DNA of 64,000 bases from Vicingaceae bacterium (GTDB lineage Bacteria > Bacteroidota > Bacteroidia > Flavobacteriales_E > Vicingaceae), in assembly GCA_032251145.1 (NCBI GenBank), contig JAVVER010000001.1, positions 17,629 through 81,628 on the forward strand, in the 5' to 3' direction. This document shows, piece by piece, positions 28,069 through 36,883 of this stretch. A model generated the notes under the pieces. The model did no database searches, was not told the origin of the DNA, and saw nothing but the letters and a program-made list of their open reading frames with translations. Numbering within the stretch: the stretch's first letter is position 1; every line of letters begins with the position of its first letter. The position numbers and the translations under genes are program-made.

Positions 28069-30099
28069 ATGAACAAATATTTCGACCGAGAATTAAGTTG
28101 GTTATCATTTAATTACAGGGTTTTACAAGAAGCCATCAATCCTAAAGTTCCACTAATTGAGCGTATTCGGTTTTTGGCAATATTTTCTTCCAATTTAGAT
28201 GAGTTTTATCGGGTTCGTGTAGCGTCTTATATGCATTTGCTTAAATTACAAGAAATTGAAGGTGTGCCTAAAGACGAAAAAGCAAAAAAACTACTCAAAA
28301 AAATTAAAAAGACGGTAAAAAAACAACAGGTTGAATTTGGTCATATTTACAGAAATGAACTCATTCCGCTTTTACAAAAAGAAAATATTTTTATTATTAA
28401 TGATAAAGACGTAACAAAAGAGCAGCAAAAGTTTTTAGCTCCTTATTTTAACGAAAAAATTAAACCCTTTCTTCAAGTAACAGAGTTAGATGCTAGTGCT
28501 ACTACATTTTTAAAAGATAAAGGCTTGTACCTTACTGTTAGTAGCCAGAATGCCCACAACACTTTTTATTTAATTAATTTACCAACCGATAAAACAGAGC
28601 GTTTTATTAAACTACCCACAAACACCAATCAAGAAATTATTATTTTACTTTCTGATGTGATACGTGTTTTTATTAACGAACTTATTCCAAATTTAAAGAA
28701 TCCTAATTGTTTTGCCATTAAATTAAGTAGAGATGCCGAATTGTATTTAGAGGAAGAAATTGCAGAAACCGTAAAAGGAAAAATATTAAACAGCTTAAAC
28801 AAACGAAAAATTGGCGACCCCTCTCGTTTTCTATACGATGAAAGCATGCCCAAGGAAACCCTAAAGGTATTGCGAAAATATTTAGGACTAAAAAAAGATG
28901 AACTGGTTCCTGGTGGTAGATACCATAATTTTAATGATTTTTTTAAACTTCCTATTAAAGGAAATCCTTCACTTTTTTATGACGATTTGCCTACGTTAAA
29001 ACACCATGAATTAGATAATTACCCCTCCATTTTTGAAGCCCTTCAGCAAAAAGAATTTGCATTGCATTTTCCATATCAACAATACGACTATGTGCTCAAT
29101 TTTGTTGAACAAGCCAGTATCGACAATGCGGTGCTTGAAATAAACATTACCCTTTACCGTGTTGCCAAAGAATCTCGAATTTGTAAAGCATTGATTGTAG
29201 CTGCCAAAAATGGAAAAAAAGTTACGGTTTTTAGTGAATTAAAAGCCCGATTTGATGAAGAGTTAAATATGAAATGGGCAAGTGAAATGAAAGCAGCAGG
29301 TGTTAGTGTTATTTATAGTTTTGAGGAGTTGAAAGTACACTCTAAAATTTGTTTAATTAAACGACAAGAAGGTAAAAAAGTAGTGAACTACGCCTATTTT
29401 GGAACAGGTAACTTTAATGAAGATACTTCAAAAATTTATTGCGATCATGCTTTATTAACTTCTGATAGTCAATTAACCAGCGAACTAGGAAATGTTTTTA
29501 GCTTCTTAAAAGGAGAAATTAAACAGCCTACTTTTAATCATTTGCTAGTTGCCCCGTTTAATTTACGCCAAGAGTTTGAACACCTAATAGATGCTGAAAT
29601 TGAACACGTTAAAAACGGAAAAATTGGCAAAATGGTGCTTAAAATGAATAGCTTGGAAGATAAACAAATGATTAAAAAACTATACGAGGCAAGTAATGCA
29701 GGAGTTAAAATAATCATTATTGTAAGAGGTATTTGTTGTTTAATTCCAGGTGTAGATGGCATGAGCAAAAACATTAAAGTAATTAGTATAATTGACCGAT
29801 ATTTAGAGCATGGAAGAATTTATTTGTTTCATAACAATGGCGATGAAAAACTGTATTTGGCTTCGGCAGATTGGATGAAAAGAAACTTAAGTCACAGGGT
29901 AGAAGTGGCTTTTCCTGTTTACAACACAACGCTAAAAAATGAGATAAAGAAATTAATCTCACTTCAACTAAAAGACAATGTAAAAGCAAGAAACCTGAAT
30001 AGAACACAAAGCAATCCTTATAAAAAATCTACATCAACAACCAGCGTGAGAGCTCAATACGATTTTTATGATTATTTAAAGCCCCAATTCCTTTCGTAA
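28069..30099 (+). CDS. ppk1: polyphosphate kinase 1
   Basis: 676 aa. The N-terminus FDRELSWLSFNYRVLQEA and the two PLD-like HxK regions (VHSKICLI, LEHGRIYLF) are typical of PPK1. Confidence 0.95.
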   Translation: MNKYFDRELSWLSFNYRVLQEAINPKVPLIERIRFLAIFSSNLDEFYRVRVASYMHLLKLQEIEGVPKDEKAKKLLKKIKKTVKKQQVEFGHIYRNELIPLLQKENIFIINDKDVTKEQQKFLAPYFNEKIKPFLQVTELDASATTFLKDKGLYLTVSSQNAHNTFYLINLPTDKTERFIKLPTNTNQEIIILLSDVIRVFINELIPNLKNPNCFAIKLSRDAELYLEEEIAETVKGKILNSLNKRKIGDPSRFLYDESMPKETLKVLRKYLGLKKDELVPGGRYHNFNDFFKLPIKGNPSLFYDDLPTLKHHELDNYPSIFEALQQKEFALHFPYQQYDYVLNFVEQASIDNAVLEINITLYRVAKESRICKALIVAAKNGKKVTVFSELKARFDEELNMKWASEMKAAGVSVIYSFEELKVHSKICLIKRQEGKKVVNYAYFGTGNFNEDTSKIYCDHALLTSDSQLTSELGNVFSFLKGEIKQPTFNHLLVAPFNLRQEFEHLIDAEIEHVKNGKIGKMVLKMNSLEDKQMIKKLYEASNAGVKIIIIVRGICCLIPGVDGMSKNIKVISIIDRYLEHGRIYLFHNNGDEKLYLASADWMKRNLSHRVEVAFPVYNTTLKNEIKKLISLQLKDNVKARNLNRTQSNPYKKSTSTTSVRAQYDFYDYLKPQFLS

Positions 30100-30975
30100 C
30101 AAACTGTCTTTTACTGCATTTTTTGTCCAATAAGCATTTTTTAGCGTGTTGATTTTGGTTGCTTTGGTGGTTAATTTTTCGGCTTTATCGCCCCAACCAC
30201 TCACATAAGTTTCTTCCCAACTTTCTATGGCGTAGGGAAATACATTTTGATAATGAATGGTTAGCGTTCTTTCCAGCTCAGGATAATAAATGCTGTAAAT
30301 GGTAAGGTTTTTTTCGATTGCAGTAGAAATTTCTGCACGATAAGCTTTAAGCTCTTTGTGCATTAATCTCACATAAAAAAGAGAAGGAATAAGTTTTGTT
30401 TTTCCTGTTGGCAACATTTCAGGGTTGGTTCTTATTCTCAACCAAATTTCATCTTCCAATACATCATTCGGGATAGAAGAAGTGTTATCGCCTTCACTTT
30501 CAAAATAAGAAAATGAATTAACATTCCATTTATTTTTTCTTTGGTTGAGTTGAGTAAAAGCATGTCCGCACCACTCTTGAGCCGAACTGGTTGCTTTAAT
30601 AAGCGGTTTGCTTAAATCATCAATAGGGAGAAATAAGGAATTCATCATAGAATACGGGTAAATTCCGGTATTGAATTTCTTGGTAAAATTTAGTTTTAAT
30701 ACCAAAAAATCGTTTGGTGTTGGATTATCGGCTTTTACTTGTTTTTCTTTTGAAAACGGTTCGGTAACATAAATTAATACGGCATTTCCCTGTCGGATTT
30801 CTCCGTAACGAGCTTGTTCCAATTTATAGGAAGTAATTTCTGCTTCGTTGTTAAACCAATAGTTGTTAAAAGCGGTTGATGTTTTTTCAATAATTTCAGT
30901 TTGCTTTTCGGGATTAGTAAAGCTACAAGCCGATAACAAGCCTATGATAGTAATAAATTTTAGTGTTGATTTCAT
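30076..30975 (-). CDS. lipoprotein, unknown function (last gene of the giant-OMP operon)
   Basis: Lipobox LLSAC. Its 3' end overlaps ppk1 by 24 nt, convergently. Confidence 0.55.
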   Translation of the reverse strand: MKSTLKFITIIGLLSACSFTNPEKQTEIIEKTSTAFNNYWFNNEAEITSYKLEQARYGEIRQGNAVLIYVTEPFSKEKQVKADNPTPNDFLVLKLNFTKKFNTGIYPYSMMNSLFLPIDDLSKPLIKATSSAQEWCGHAFTQLNQRKNKWNVNSFSYFESEGDNTSSIPNDVLEDEIWLRIRTNPEMLPTGKTKLIPSLFYVRLMHKELKAYRAEISTAIEKNLTIYSIYYPELERTLTIHYQNVFPYAIESWEETYVSGWGDKAEKLTTKATKINTLKNAYWTKNAVKDSLLRKELGL

Positions 30976-30989
30976 AAAAAATGGTTAGA

Positions 30990-31964
30990 TTATATTTTCA
31001 AAATTAAGCCTAAACTTCCGTAATAAAAATGCCTTCCTCTGGTAGTTTCTGCAGTAATTAAATGGTGCCTAAAAAAAGTGGTAAATCTTTTTCTCGAAAA
31101 ATTAATAGCTGCGGAAACATCTACATTTACTCGGTGCATACCTTCTGTATTCATGTTATTATTTTCTCCAAAAAATCGTCCTTGTATGGTTGCTTTGTAG
31201 CCCCAAGTTACCAAATGAGCCCCGAAATCTAAAAAAAATTCACTTTCCGGTGGCGTGTCATTATGTGTTAAGTTGGTATTGTAAAAAAAGGTATTTTCTA
31301 TGCTGTTAAACTTTCCGAAACGCCCCATAAAACCTTGTTTAAAATAAGTAGCTTGCGTTCCCAAACTGGCACTTGTTTGCGAATGAATGTCAAATTTTCC
31401 AAACGATAGTAAAGGAAGATTAAACCCTACTCCAATGTTTGCTGCCACTTCATTTTGCACTTGGTTGTCCCATGCTTCAAACTTGGGATTGTTAATTAAC
31501 ACATGAAAATTATCTTGTAATTTTTCAGCTCCTGAAGCAGGTCCTAAAATGCCAATAGTTAAACTAATAAACGTAAGTGATTTTTGATTAGCGATAGTAA
31601 TTTTATTCTCGGCAAATAACCAACCTGCATACGGTCTGTCAAATTCTACAAAAACACCATTTACTTTTTTATCACGATCTTGGTCGGAGGTGTAGCCTTC
31701 TATTCCTGCATGCCAGTTTACTATTACTTTTTCTAAATTCGGTTTTAGTTTTTTAGCTAATTCAACTATTTTGCTATCATTTTTAGCTAGTTTTCTATAA
31801 TCGAAATGCAATCCAAAAGAGTAATACCTGTCGGCAACTTTTCGTTTAAAAGTTAAAATATCATTGTCTTTTTGAAGCTGAATTTCTTGGTCGTACATTT
31901 TCTTCTGAGCCCACAAATCAGAGCTGAGTAATAAGAGTAAGATGCCAATAAATCTAAATTTCAT
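30990..31964 (-). CDS. LpxR-like (DUF2219) outer-membrane lipid A deacylase family protein
   Basis: Signal peptide, N-terminal DNDILTF...DRYYSFG motif like LpxR family proteins, and a beta-barrel pattern. Confidence 0.5.
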   Translation of the reverse strand: MKFRFIGILLLLLSSDLWAQKKMYDQEIQLQKDNDILTFKRKVADRYYSFGLHFDYRKLAKNDSKIVELAKKLKPNLEKVIVNWHAGIEGYTSDQDRDKKVNGVFVEFDRPYAGWLFAENKITIANQKSLTFISLTIGILGPASGAEKLQDNFHVLINNPKFEAWDNQVQNEVAANIGVGFNLPLLSFGKFDIHSQTSASLGTQATYFKQGFMGRFGKFNSIENTFFYNTNLTHNDTPPESEFFLDFGAHLVTWGYKATIQGRFFGENNNMNTEGMHRVNVDVSAAINFSRKRFTTFFRHHLITAETTRGRHFYYGSLGLILKI

Positions 31965-31983
31965 TTTTTATCTAAATATATAT

Positions 31984-32871
31984 TTACAGTTTCCAATTTA
32001 ATGTTAACCCTGTAGCATTTCCATACCTAAATGGAGCAACAGACAAATTAGATTCTTTGTTTTTCTTTTTATGTAAATGTGGCACTAACCAACCCACAGA
32101 AGCACCAATGGCATAGCCAACAATTACATCGGAAGGAAAATGGTTTCCGGCATCTACCCTAAGATAAGCCATAGCGGCTGGAAGTGTTAAAGCAACTGTC
32201 CAAATTCCAACGCCAACTCCTTTTCTCATGTTAGGATGATAATCATGAATTACCTTAGCCATAAAAACAGAGAAAGCTGCGGTTTGTGCCGTATGTCCCG
32301 AAAAAAAAGATAACCTGCTGTTAGATGCTGTTCTAGCATCAAAAGAAAATTTGTCGCTATAAACTAATGGTCGGGTTCTGTTAAAGGTATATTTTGCATT
32401 CATGGTTAGCCCAGATGTTATGGCAAATACTTCAACTGCCATTATTCCAAGTCGTCCAATATCTTTTCCAGTGTGGTGATTGCTAAAAAAGAATAGAGGT
32501 AAGGCTAATTCCGAATAGAGTAAAATATCACTTAGTTTTTTAGAGCTTTTATCATCATTGTAAATAGCAACTCTGTCAAAACGATTTACTTCATCAGGAT
32601 TTAATTGGTTCAGCTCATTAAGAGTAAAAGCTGATTTTCCGTTATATTCTCTTAAAATTAACCCAGAACTAAGTAAACCTATACCAGCAACAAAAAATGG
32701 AATTTCTTTTTTAAAATTTATCTCATAAGGCGATTCGTTGGTGTGTTCGCCATTGACGCAATAGTTACAAATATGACCTGTTTTATTCAAGTTTACATCC
32801 TGAGCTTTTAGCTGACTAAAAAGCGTTAAAATAGACGTAAGTGTTAAAATTATTTTTTTAATTCTATACAT
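31984..32871 (-). CDS. PAP2 family lipid phosphatase
   Basis: KYTFNRTRP, SGHTA and RVDAGNHFPSDV match KxxxxxxRP / SGH / SRxxxxxHxxxD. The track start at 32907 lies inside a repeat, so I prefer ATG at 32871 (MYRIKKIILTL signal peptide). Confidence 0.8.
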   Translation of the reverse strand: MYRIKKIILTLTSILTLFSQLKAQDVNLNKTGHICNYCVNGEHTNESPYEINFKKEIPFFVAGIGLLSSGLILREYNGKSAFTLNELNQLNPDEVNRFDRVAIYNDDKSSKKLSDILLYSELALPLFFFSNHHTGKDIGRLGIMAVEVFAITSGLTMNAKYTFNRTRPLVYSDKFSFDARTASNSRLSFFSGHTAQTAAFSVFMAKVIHDYHPNMRKGVGVGIWTVALTLPAAMAYLRVDAGNHFPSDVIVGYAIGASVGWLVPHLHKKKNKESNLSVAPFRYGNATGLTLNWKL

Positions 32872-32893
32872 AGTTATTATAGTTTTACTATTT

Positions 32894-32970
32894 CTTTTTC
32901 CTACCATTTAGGCATTAAGATTATTAAGGTTTGTTTTTAATGGTTCTTAATTTCTTAATGGTTATTTAAT
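32894..32970 (-). repeat. TTAAG/CTTAA triple-palindrome intergenic repeat, copy R4
   Basis: The reverse complement aligns with 46604-46680 along its length. The right half AACCTTAATAATCTTAATGCCTAAATGG is almost identical. Confidence 0.8.
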
Positions 32971-35900
32971 TTAAAACAAAAATCCCATTTTAAGTATAAA
33001 TAAATTTTCTTCTGACGAAACAGCGTAAGAAGCATTAATTACCAACATATCAAAAGGACTCATCCAAACACCGCCACCAACACTGTTGTGCCATTTGGTT
33101 GATGTATCGTTGCTTGTCCAAACTCTACCTAAATCAAAAAAACCAAGTACGCCCAATTGACCAGGAAATAAATACGATTTAAAATTGGTGAGTTTTATGC
33201 GTAAATCCTGATTAAAAGTTAAACTACTTCTTCCCGAAAAGCGATCTCTTCTAAACCCTCTTAAATCGCCATTACGGTGGTTCCTGTTTTGAGCCCCAAT
33301 GGTTGCTGCTTGAAAAAATTCAAATTTATCCACCAAATGAACGCCTTTTACATTGGAAGAAAAAACCACATTTTTTCCGAAAGGCAAATACATGGCAAAT
33401 TGCGACTCTAACCTTCCAAAATGTAAACTTGCATTTTCTGCTTCTCTTTCCCAACTTCCGCTAACATGAAAATTAATTCCTCGTGTAGGGATTACTTTAC
33501 TATCGGTATTATTGAAAGAATATTGTAATTCCATGCCTAAATAATTTCGTGCTGAAAGGCTGCTTACATAATTGGAAGCTAAATCGCTTGTTATAAATCT
33601 ATCTTCAGACGCCTCTACATCAATGTGTTGGTATTTTGGTCCAAATTTAATTTCATTAAATTTCCCTACATTATGCACCAACATTGGTTGAAATTTAATT
33701 TCGTTAAATCGCACTAAGTGAAATGAGTTGTCTTCGCCATTTACTACTTGAGTTTCGTTACCTAAACCATAAAAATTAGTGGTACTATTGGGGGCGTTTA
33801 CAGACGCATCAATATCTAAGTCTAATTTTTTAATTAAATCAACAAATTTTCCATCATATTCAATATTAAAGCTATTGGTCTTCAACGCTCTATTGGCAAC
33901 AAACCGATTAAAATGAGCATAAGGTTTTTTTCTAAATCCGTGTTTGGTAATGGCAACTCCACCACCTAAAAACAAGCCATCATCAATATTATAACCTACA
34001 AATAATTGTGGAATAAGCATATCGTATTTAAACTCTTTCCTGTCGTATTCGTTAATCATTTTTTGATGCGAAACCAAGTTTTTTAATTCGTTGTTTTTTT
34101 CGCAAACTACTATGTTTTCTTCTTTTTTAGTATCATAATATTTTGTTTTTTTACGAAGTCCTTTTACGTTAGAAATGTCGGTAATTTCATCGTTGCCTTC
34201 TCCGCCAATTATTCGCACTAAAATTCCTTTGTTCACTTCTCCTTCTATGGTAAAAACATCTTTTCCGCCCAAGCCATAAATGCGTATTTCTTTGGTTTCA
34301 AAACGATTAAAATCTCTGCTGTAATACAAACTGCCTTTTTCTCCTTTTTTTAGGTGATATACTTTTACAGAAGTGATGGTATCATTTACTCTAACAATTT
34401 CAAATTTTTCAGCTTTATTACTTCCCACCACATTTACGTGTTTTGCCAGTACATAATAATATCTTTCGGCAAATTCTTGTAATTTATCTCTTCTCGAAAG
34501 CAATTTTGCAGTAATTTCTTCGCCATCAAGTTTATAAATGGTATCGGGCCAGAGTTTAATGGCATTAATAATCACACTATCGGTTAAGTTTTGTTGCATT
34601 TCGGCAGCCAAATCAAGCCATTCTTGTTTGTCTAACCGAGTTAAAAATGAACGGTCGATGTATCTTCCATTAAAATTCATCCCACTAATATCACGAATAT
34701 CGTAATCGAAATGCTGGAGTTTCCGAACCACCCATTTTCTTCCTGCCAAACGAGGAATTAAGCCATCAAACTTTACAAAAGCTTGGTCTCTATCTCTCGG
34801 AATTGGAATGTAGTATTTGTTGTTATCAATTAAATGGCTGCAATGCTCATGGTTTTCTTTTGCACAAGTATATTCAGCCCAACGCCATTGGTCTTCGTGC
34901 CTGTCCCAATCGCCAATAAGCATATCAAACAAACGATTTCGGAGCATTTCTTCCTCATCAACAACAAAATTATGATCATCTAACACCTTATGAATTAATT
35001 TTTGAGAATTGATGGCATTGGTGGTGTAACCAAAGTTTCCGGTTGAAGAAACATCTTTGGCAGCACGTTGCTCAAACAACATGAGTTGGTTGGCAAAATC
35101 TTCACGATATTCCAACAAGTGAGGGTCGTTTGGCACAGCAACTAGCTGTGGTTTAGAATGTAAAATACCCACTGCTTCTGCCATTGGCGGAATAACAAAA
35201 GCACTGTAAGGATGAGCAGTAGAAATTTGATCTTGCACCACTTCGGCAGCTGCGGTATTTCTTAATTCTTCGGGCAATGCTGCTGATGGGTCTTTTTGTA
35301 TGGATCGAAAAACATATTCGTTGCCATTTTCGGCTTTTAATCGGAGCGATTTAGTTTGTTGTCCGCCACCTCGCTGAATTGGTGTTAAACCTCCATAGGT
35401 ATTATGAATGTCAATTGTTGGCACTTCAACAGGAGTTTGCCATGCTTTTCGGTAATGTTCGCCCAGCAAAAACTTTTTCATAAAACTTGCTTCATAGTTT
35501 TCACCTGGGATTAATGTCATTGTTTTTGGAATACTTAATGTATCGGTAATATCAACATCTTCTTTACTTTCTTTTTGCTTTGCTTCAACCAAAATTTTGC
35601 TAAAAATAAGTTCCGATTTTTCGTTGGAAATTTGCCACGTTTCCATTAAAACAGCACCAGAATTAAGTACAATTAATTTAAAAAAACCTTTTTCTTCGGC
35701 AGAAAAATCAGGTGTTTTTAGTTGCTTAACGGGTGTTGTTTTACTTCCCGAACCACTTACAATATAATGGTGGTTTTGTTGTTCTGTTTTATCAAAATAT
35801 TGCAAATTATGTTCATGCCCGGCAGCATAAATCAGGTTTGGATGAAATTTAAAAACGTGCTGCAGTTCGCTAATCATTTCTTGGTATTCGGCATGGTTTA

Positions 35901-36699
35901 CATCTTGCAGATTGCCAATTTTTTTGCGATACAAAGGATAAATTGATCCTAAAATAGGCAGCGGAAGGTATAAATTTTTATTAAGATTAGTAAGTGGAAA
36001 AAGATGATCGGAAAAAGTAGCATAACCATTGTGTTCGCCTTTAGTCATTAACGGATGATGCCCTACAATTAAAACGGTTTTGTCCGTATTTTCTTCTAAA
36101 ATGTCTTTAATACTTGCAATTACATCGGCTTTGGTTTCTTCATCACAAGCTCCAGTTTCTATAGGCCCTTTTTCGTATTGATGCAGCCACCACTGTGTGT
36201 CAATGGCAATAATCACCATTTTTTTACTTATTTTTACTTTGTATGGGCCTGGACAGCCTCTTTCGGGAATTAACACGTCTTTTACATTAAAAGCATTTTC
36301 TAAATATTTTTGTTGATGATTGATATAGCTCAATCCGTTGCGATTACCTTGGTTCCAATCGTGATTGCCTGGAATAAAATAAATGGTTGACTTTAGCTCT
36401 TTTAACCGATTGATTTGATAATCAATTATCGCTTTAGCTTGTTCGTGATTTTTTTTGTTTTTTGGCGGAATTCCATTTGGATAAACATTATCTCCCAAAA
36501 AGAAAATGGTGCTTTTTTCTTCAATGGTTTTTGCTTGTTGAATTAATTCATTAAAAACGGCTTGTGTTTTTTCTTTTGGTTCACCAGCATCGCCTACTAA
36601 AAAGATAACATGATCAATACTGTCTTTATGTTGAGTAAAGGCTTTGCTAATTAGTAAAAAACTAAAAAAGAGGAGTGTGATATGATGTTTCGTGTTCAA
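32971..36699 (-). CDS. giant OM protein, paralog 3: metallophosphoesterase (intact motifs) + DRHxDNW module + Omp85-type barrel
   Basis: 1242 aa. TTG start is forced, since there is an in-frame stop 12 nt upstream and no earlier ATG. Signal peptide present. GDAG, GDNVYPNG, GNHDW, GHHP, GHEH. Central LIGDWDRHEDQWRW and PRDRDQAF. C-terminus RGFRRDRFSG ... GGGVWM ... MGFLF. Confidence 0.75.
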   Translation of the reverse strand: MNTKHHITLLFFSFLLISKAFTQHKDSIDHVIFLVGDAGEPKEKTQAVFNELIQQAKTIEEKSTIFFLGDNVYPNGIPPKNKKNHEQAKAIIDYQINRLKELKSTIYFIPGNHDWNQGNRNGLSYINHQQKYLENAFNVKDVLIPERGCPGPYKVKISKKMVIIAIDTQWWLHQYEKGPIETGACDEETKADVIASIKDILEENTDKTVLIVGHHPLMTKGEHNGYATFSDHLFPLTNLNKNLYLPLPILGSIYPLYRKKIGNLQDVNHAEYQEMISELQHVFKFHPNLIYAAGHEHNLQYFDKTEQQNHHYIVSGSGSKTTPVKQLKTPDFSAEEKGFFKLIVLNSGAVLMETWQISNEKSELIFSKILVEAKQKESKEDVDITDTLSIPKTMTLIPGENYEASFMKKFLLGEHYRKAWQTPVEVPTIDIHNTYGGLTPIQRGGGQQTKSLRLKAENGNEYVFRSIQKDPSAALPEELRNTAAAEVVQDQISTAHPYSAFVIPPMAEAVGILHSKPQLVAVPNDPHLLEYREDFANQLMLFEQRAAKDVSSTGNFGYTTNAINSQKLIHKVLDDHNFVVDEEEMLRNRLFDMLIGDWDRHEDQWRWAEYTCAKENHEHCSHLIDNNKYYIPIPRDRDQAFVKFDGLIPRLAGRKWVVRKLQHFDYDIRDISGMNFNGRYIDRSFLTRLDKQEWLDLAAEMQQNLTDSVIINAIKLWPDTIYKLDGEEITAKLLSRRDKLQEFAERYYYVLAKHVNVVGSNKAEKFEIVRVNDTITSVKVYHLKKGEKGSLYYSRDFNRFETKEIRIYGLGGKDVFTIEGEVNKGILVRIIGGEGNDEITDISNVKGLRKKTKYYDTKKEENIVVCEKNNELKNLVSHQKMINEYDRKEFKYDMLIPQLFVGYNIDDGLFLGGGVAITKHGFRKKPYAHFNRFVANRALKTNSFNIEYDGKFVDLIKKLDLDIDASVNAPNSTTNFYGLGNETQVVNGEDNSFHLVRFNEIKFQPMLVHNVGKFNEIKFGPKYQHIDVEASEDRFITSDLASNYVSSLSARNYLGMELQYSFNNTDSKVIPTRGINFHVSGSWEREAENASLHFGRLESQFAMYLPFGKNVVFSSNVKGVHLVDKFEFFQAATIGAQNRNHRNGDLRGFRRDRFSGRSSLTFNQDLRIKLTNFKSYLFPGQLGVLGFFDLGRVWTSNDTSTKWHNSVGGGVWMSPFDMLVINASYAVSSEENLFILKMGFLF

Positions 36700-36772
36700 G
36701 GTTTCAAGTTATTTTAAGTTTCTTCATTTTATAATTTATTCGCTTAATTCGTTCTCAAAAGACTGAACTAAT

Positions 36773-36883
36773 ATGTTAGAGTTCGAGGCTTTCGTAGTTT
36801 TGGAAATCAGGAGTTTACTTTCGTAAATGACTGGTTTTCAAAACAAGAATAACGAAGAAATCGGACATATTAGACAGTCTCTA
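36773..36883. repeat. 111-nt intergenic repeat, copy B
   Basis: 98/111 identical to 248-358. Hairpin arms are 36797-36818 and 36823-36844. The last 3 nt are the stop codon of paralog 2. Confidence 0.8.

Noticed and set aside
28069-30099. A functional link between ppk1 and the kinase-like modules of the giant OM proteins (polyphosphate as phosphodonor).
   Set aside because: ppk1 is convergent to the operon and is a ubiquitous housekeeping gene, so adjacency alone is not evidence. I mention it only as a caveat.
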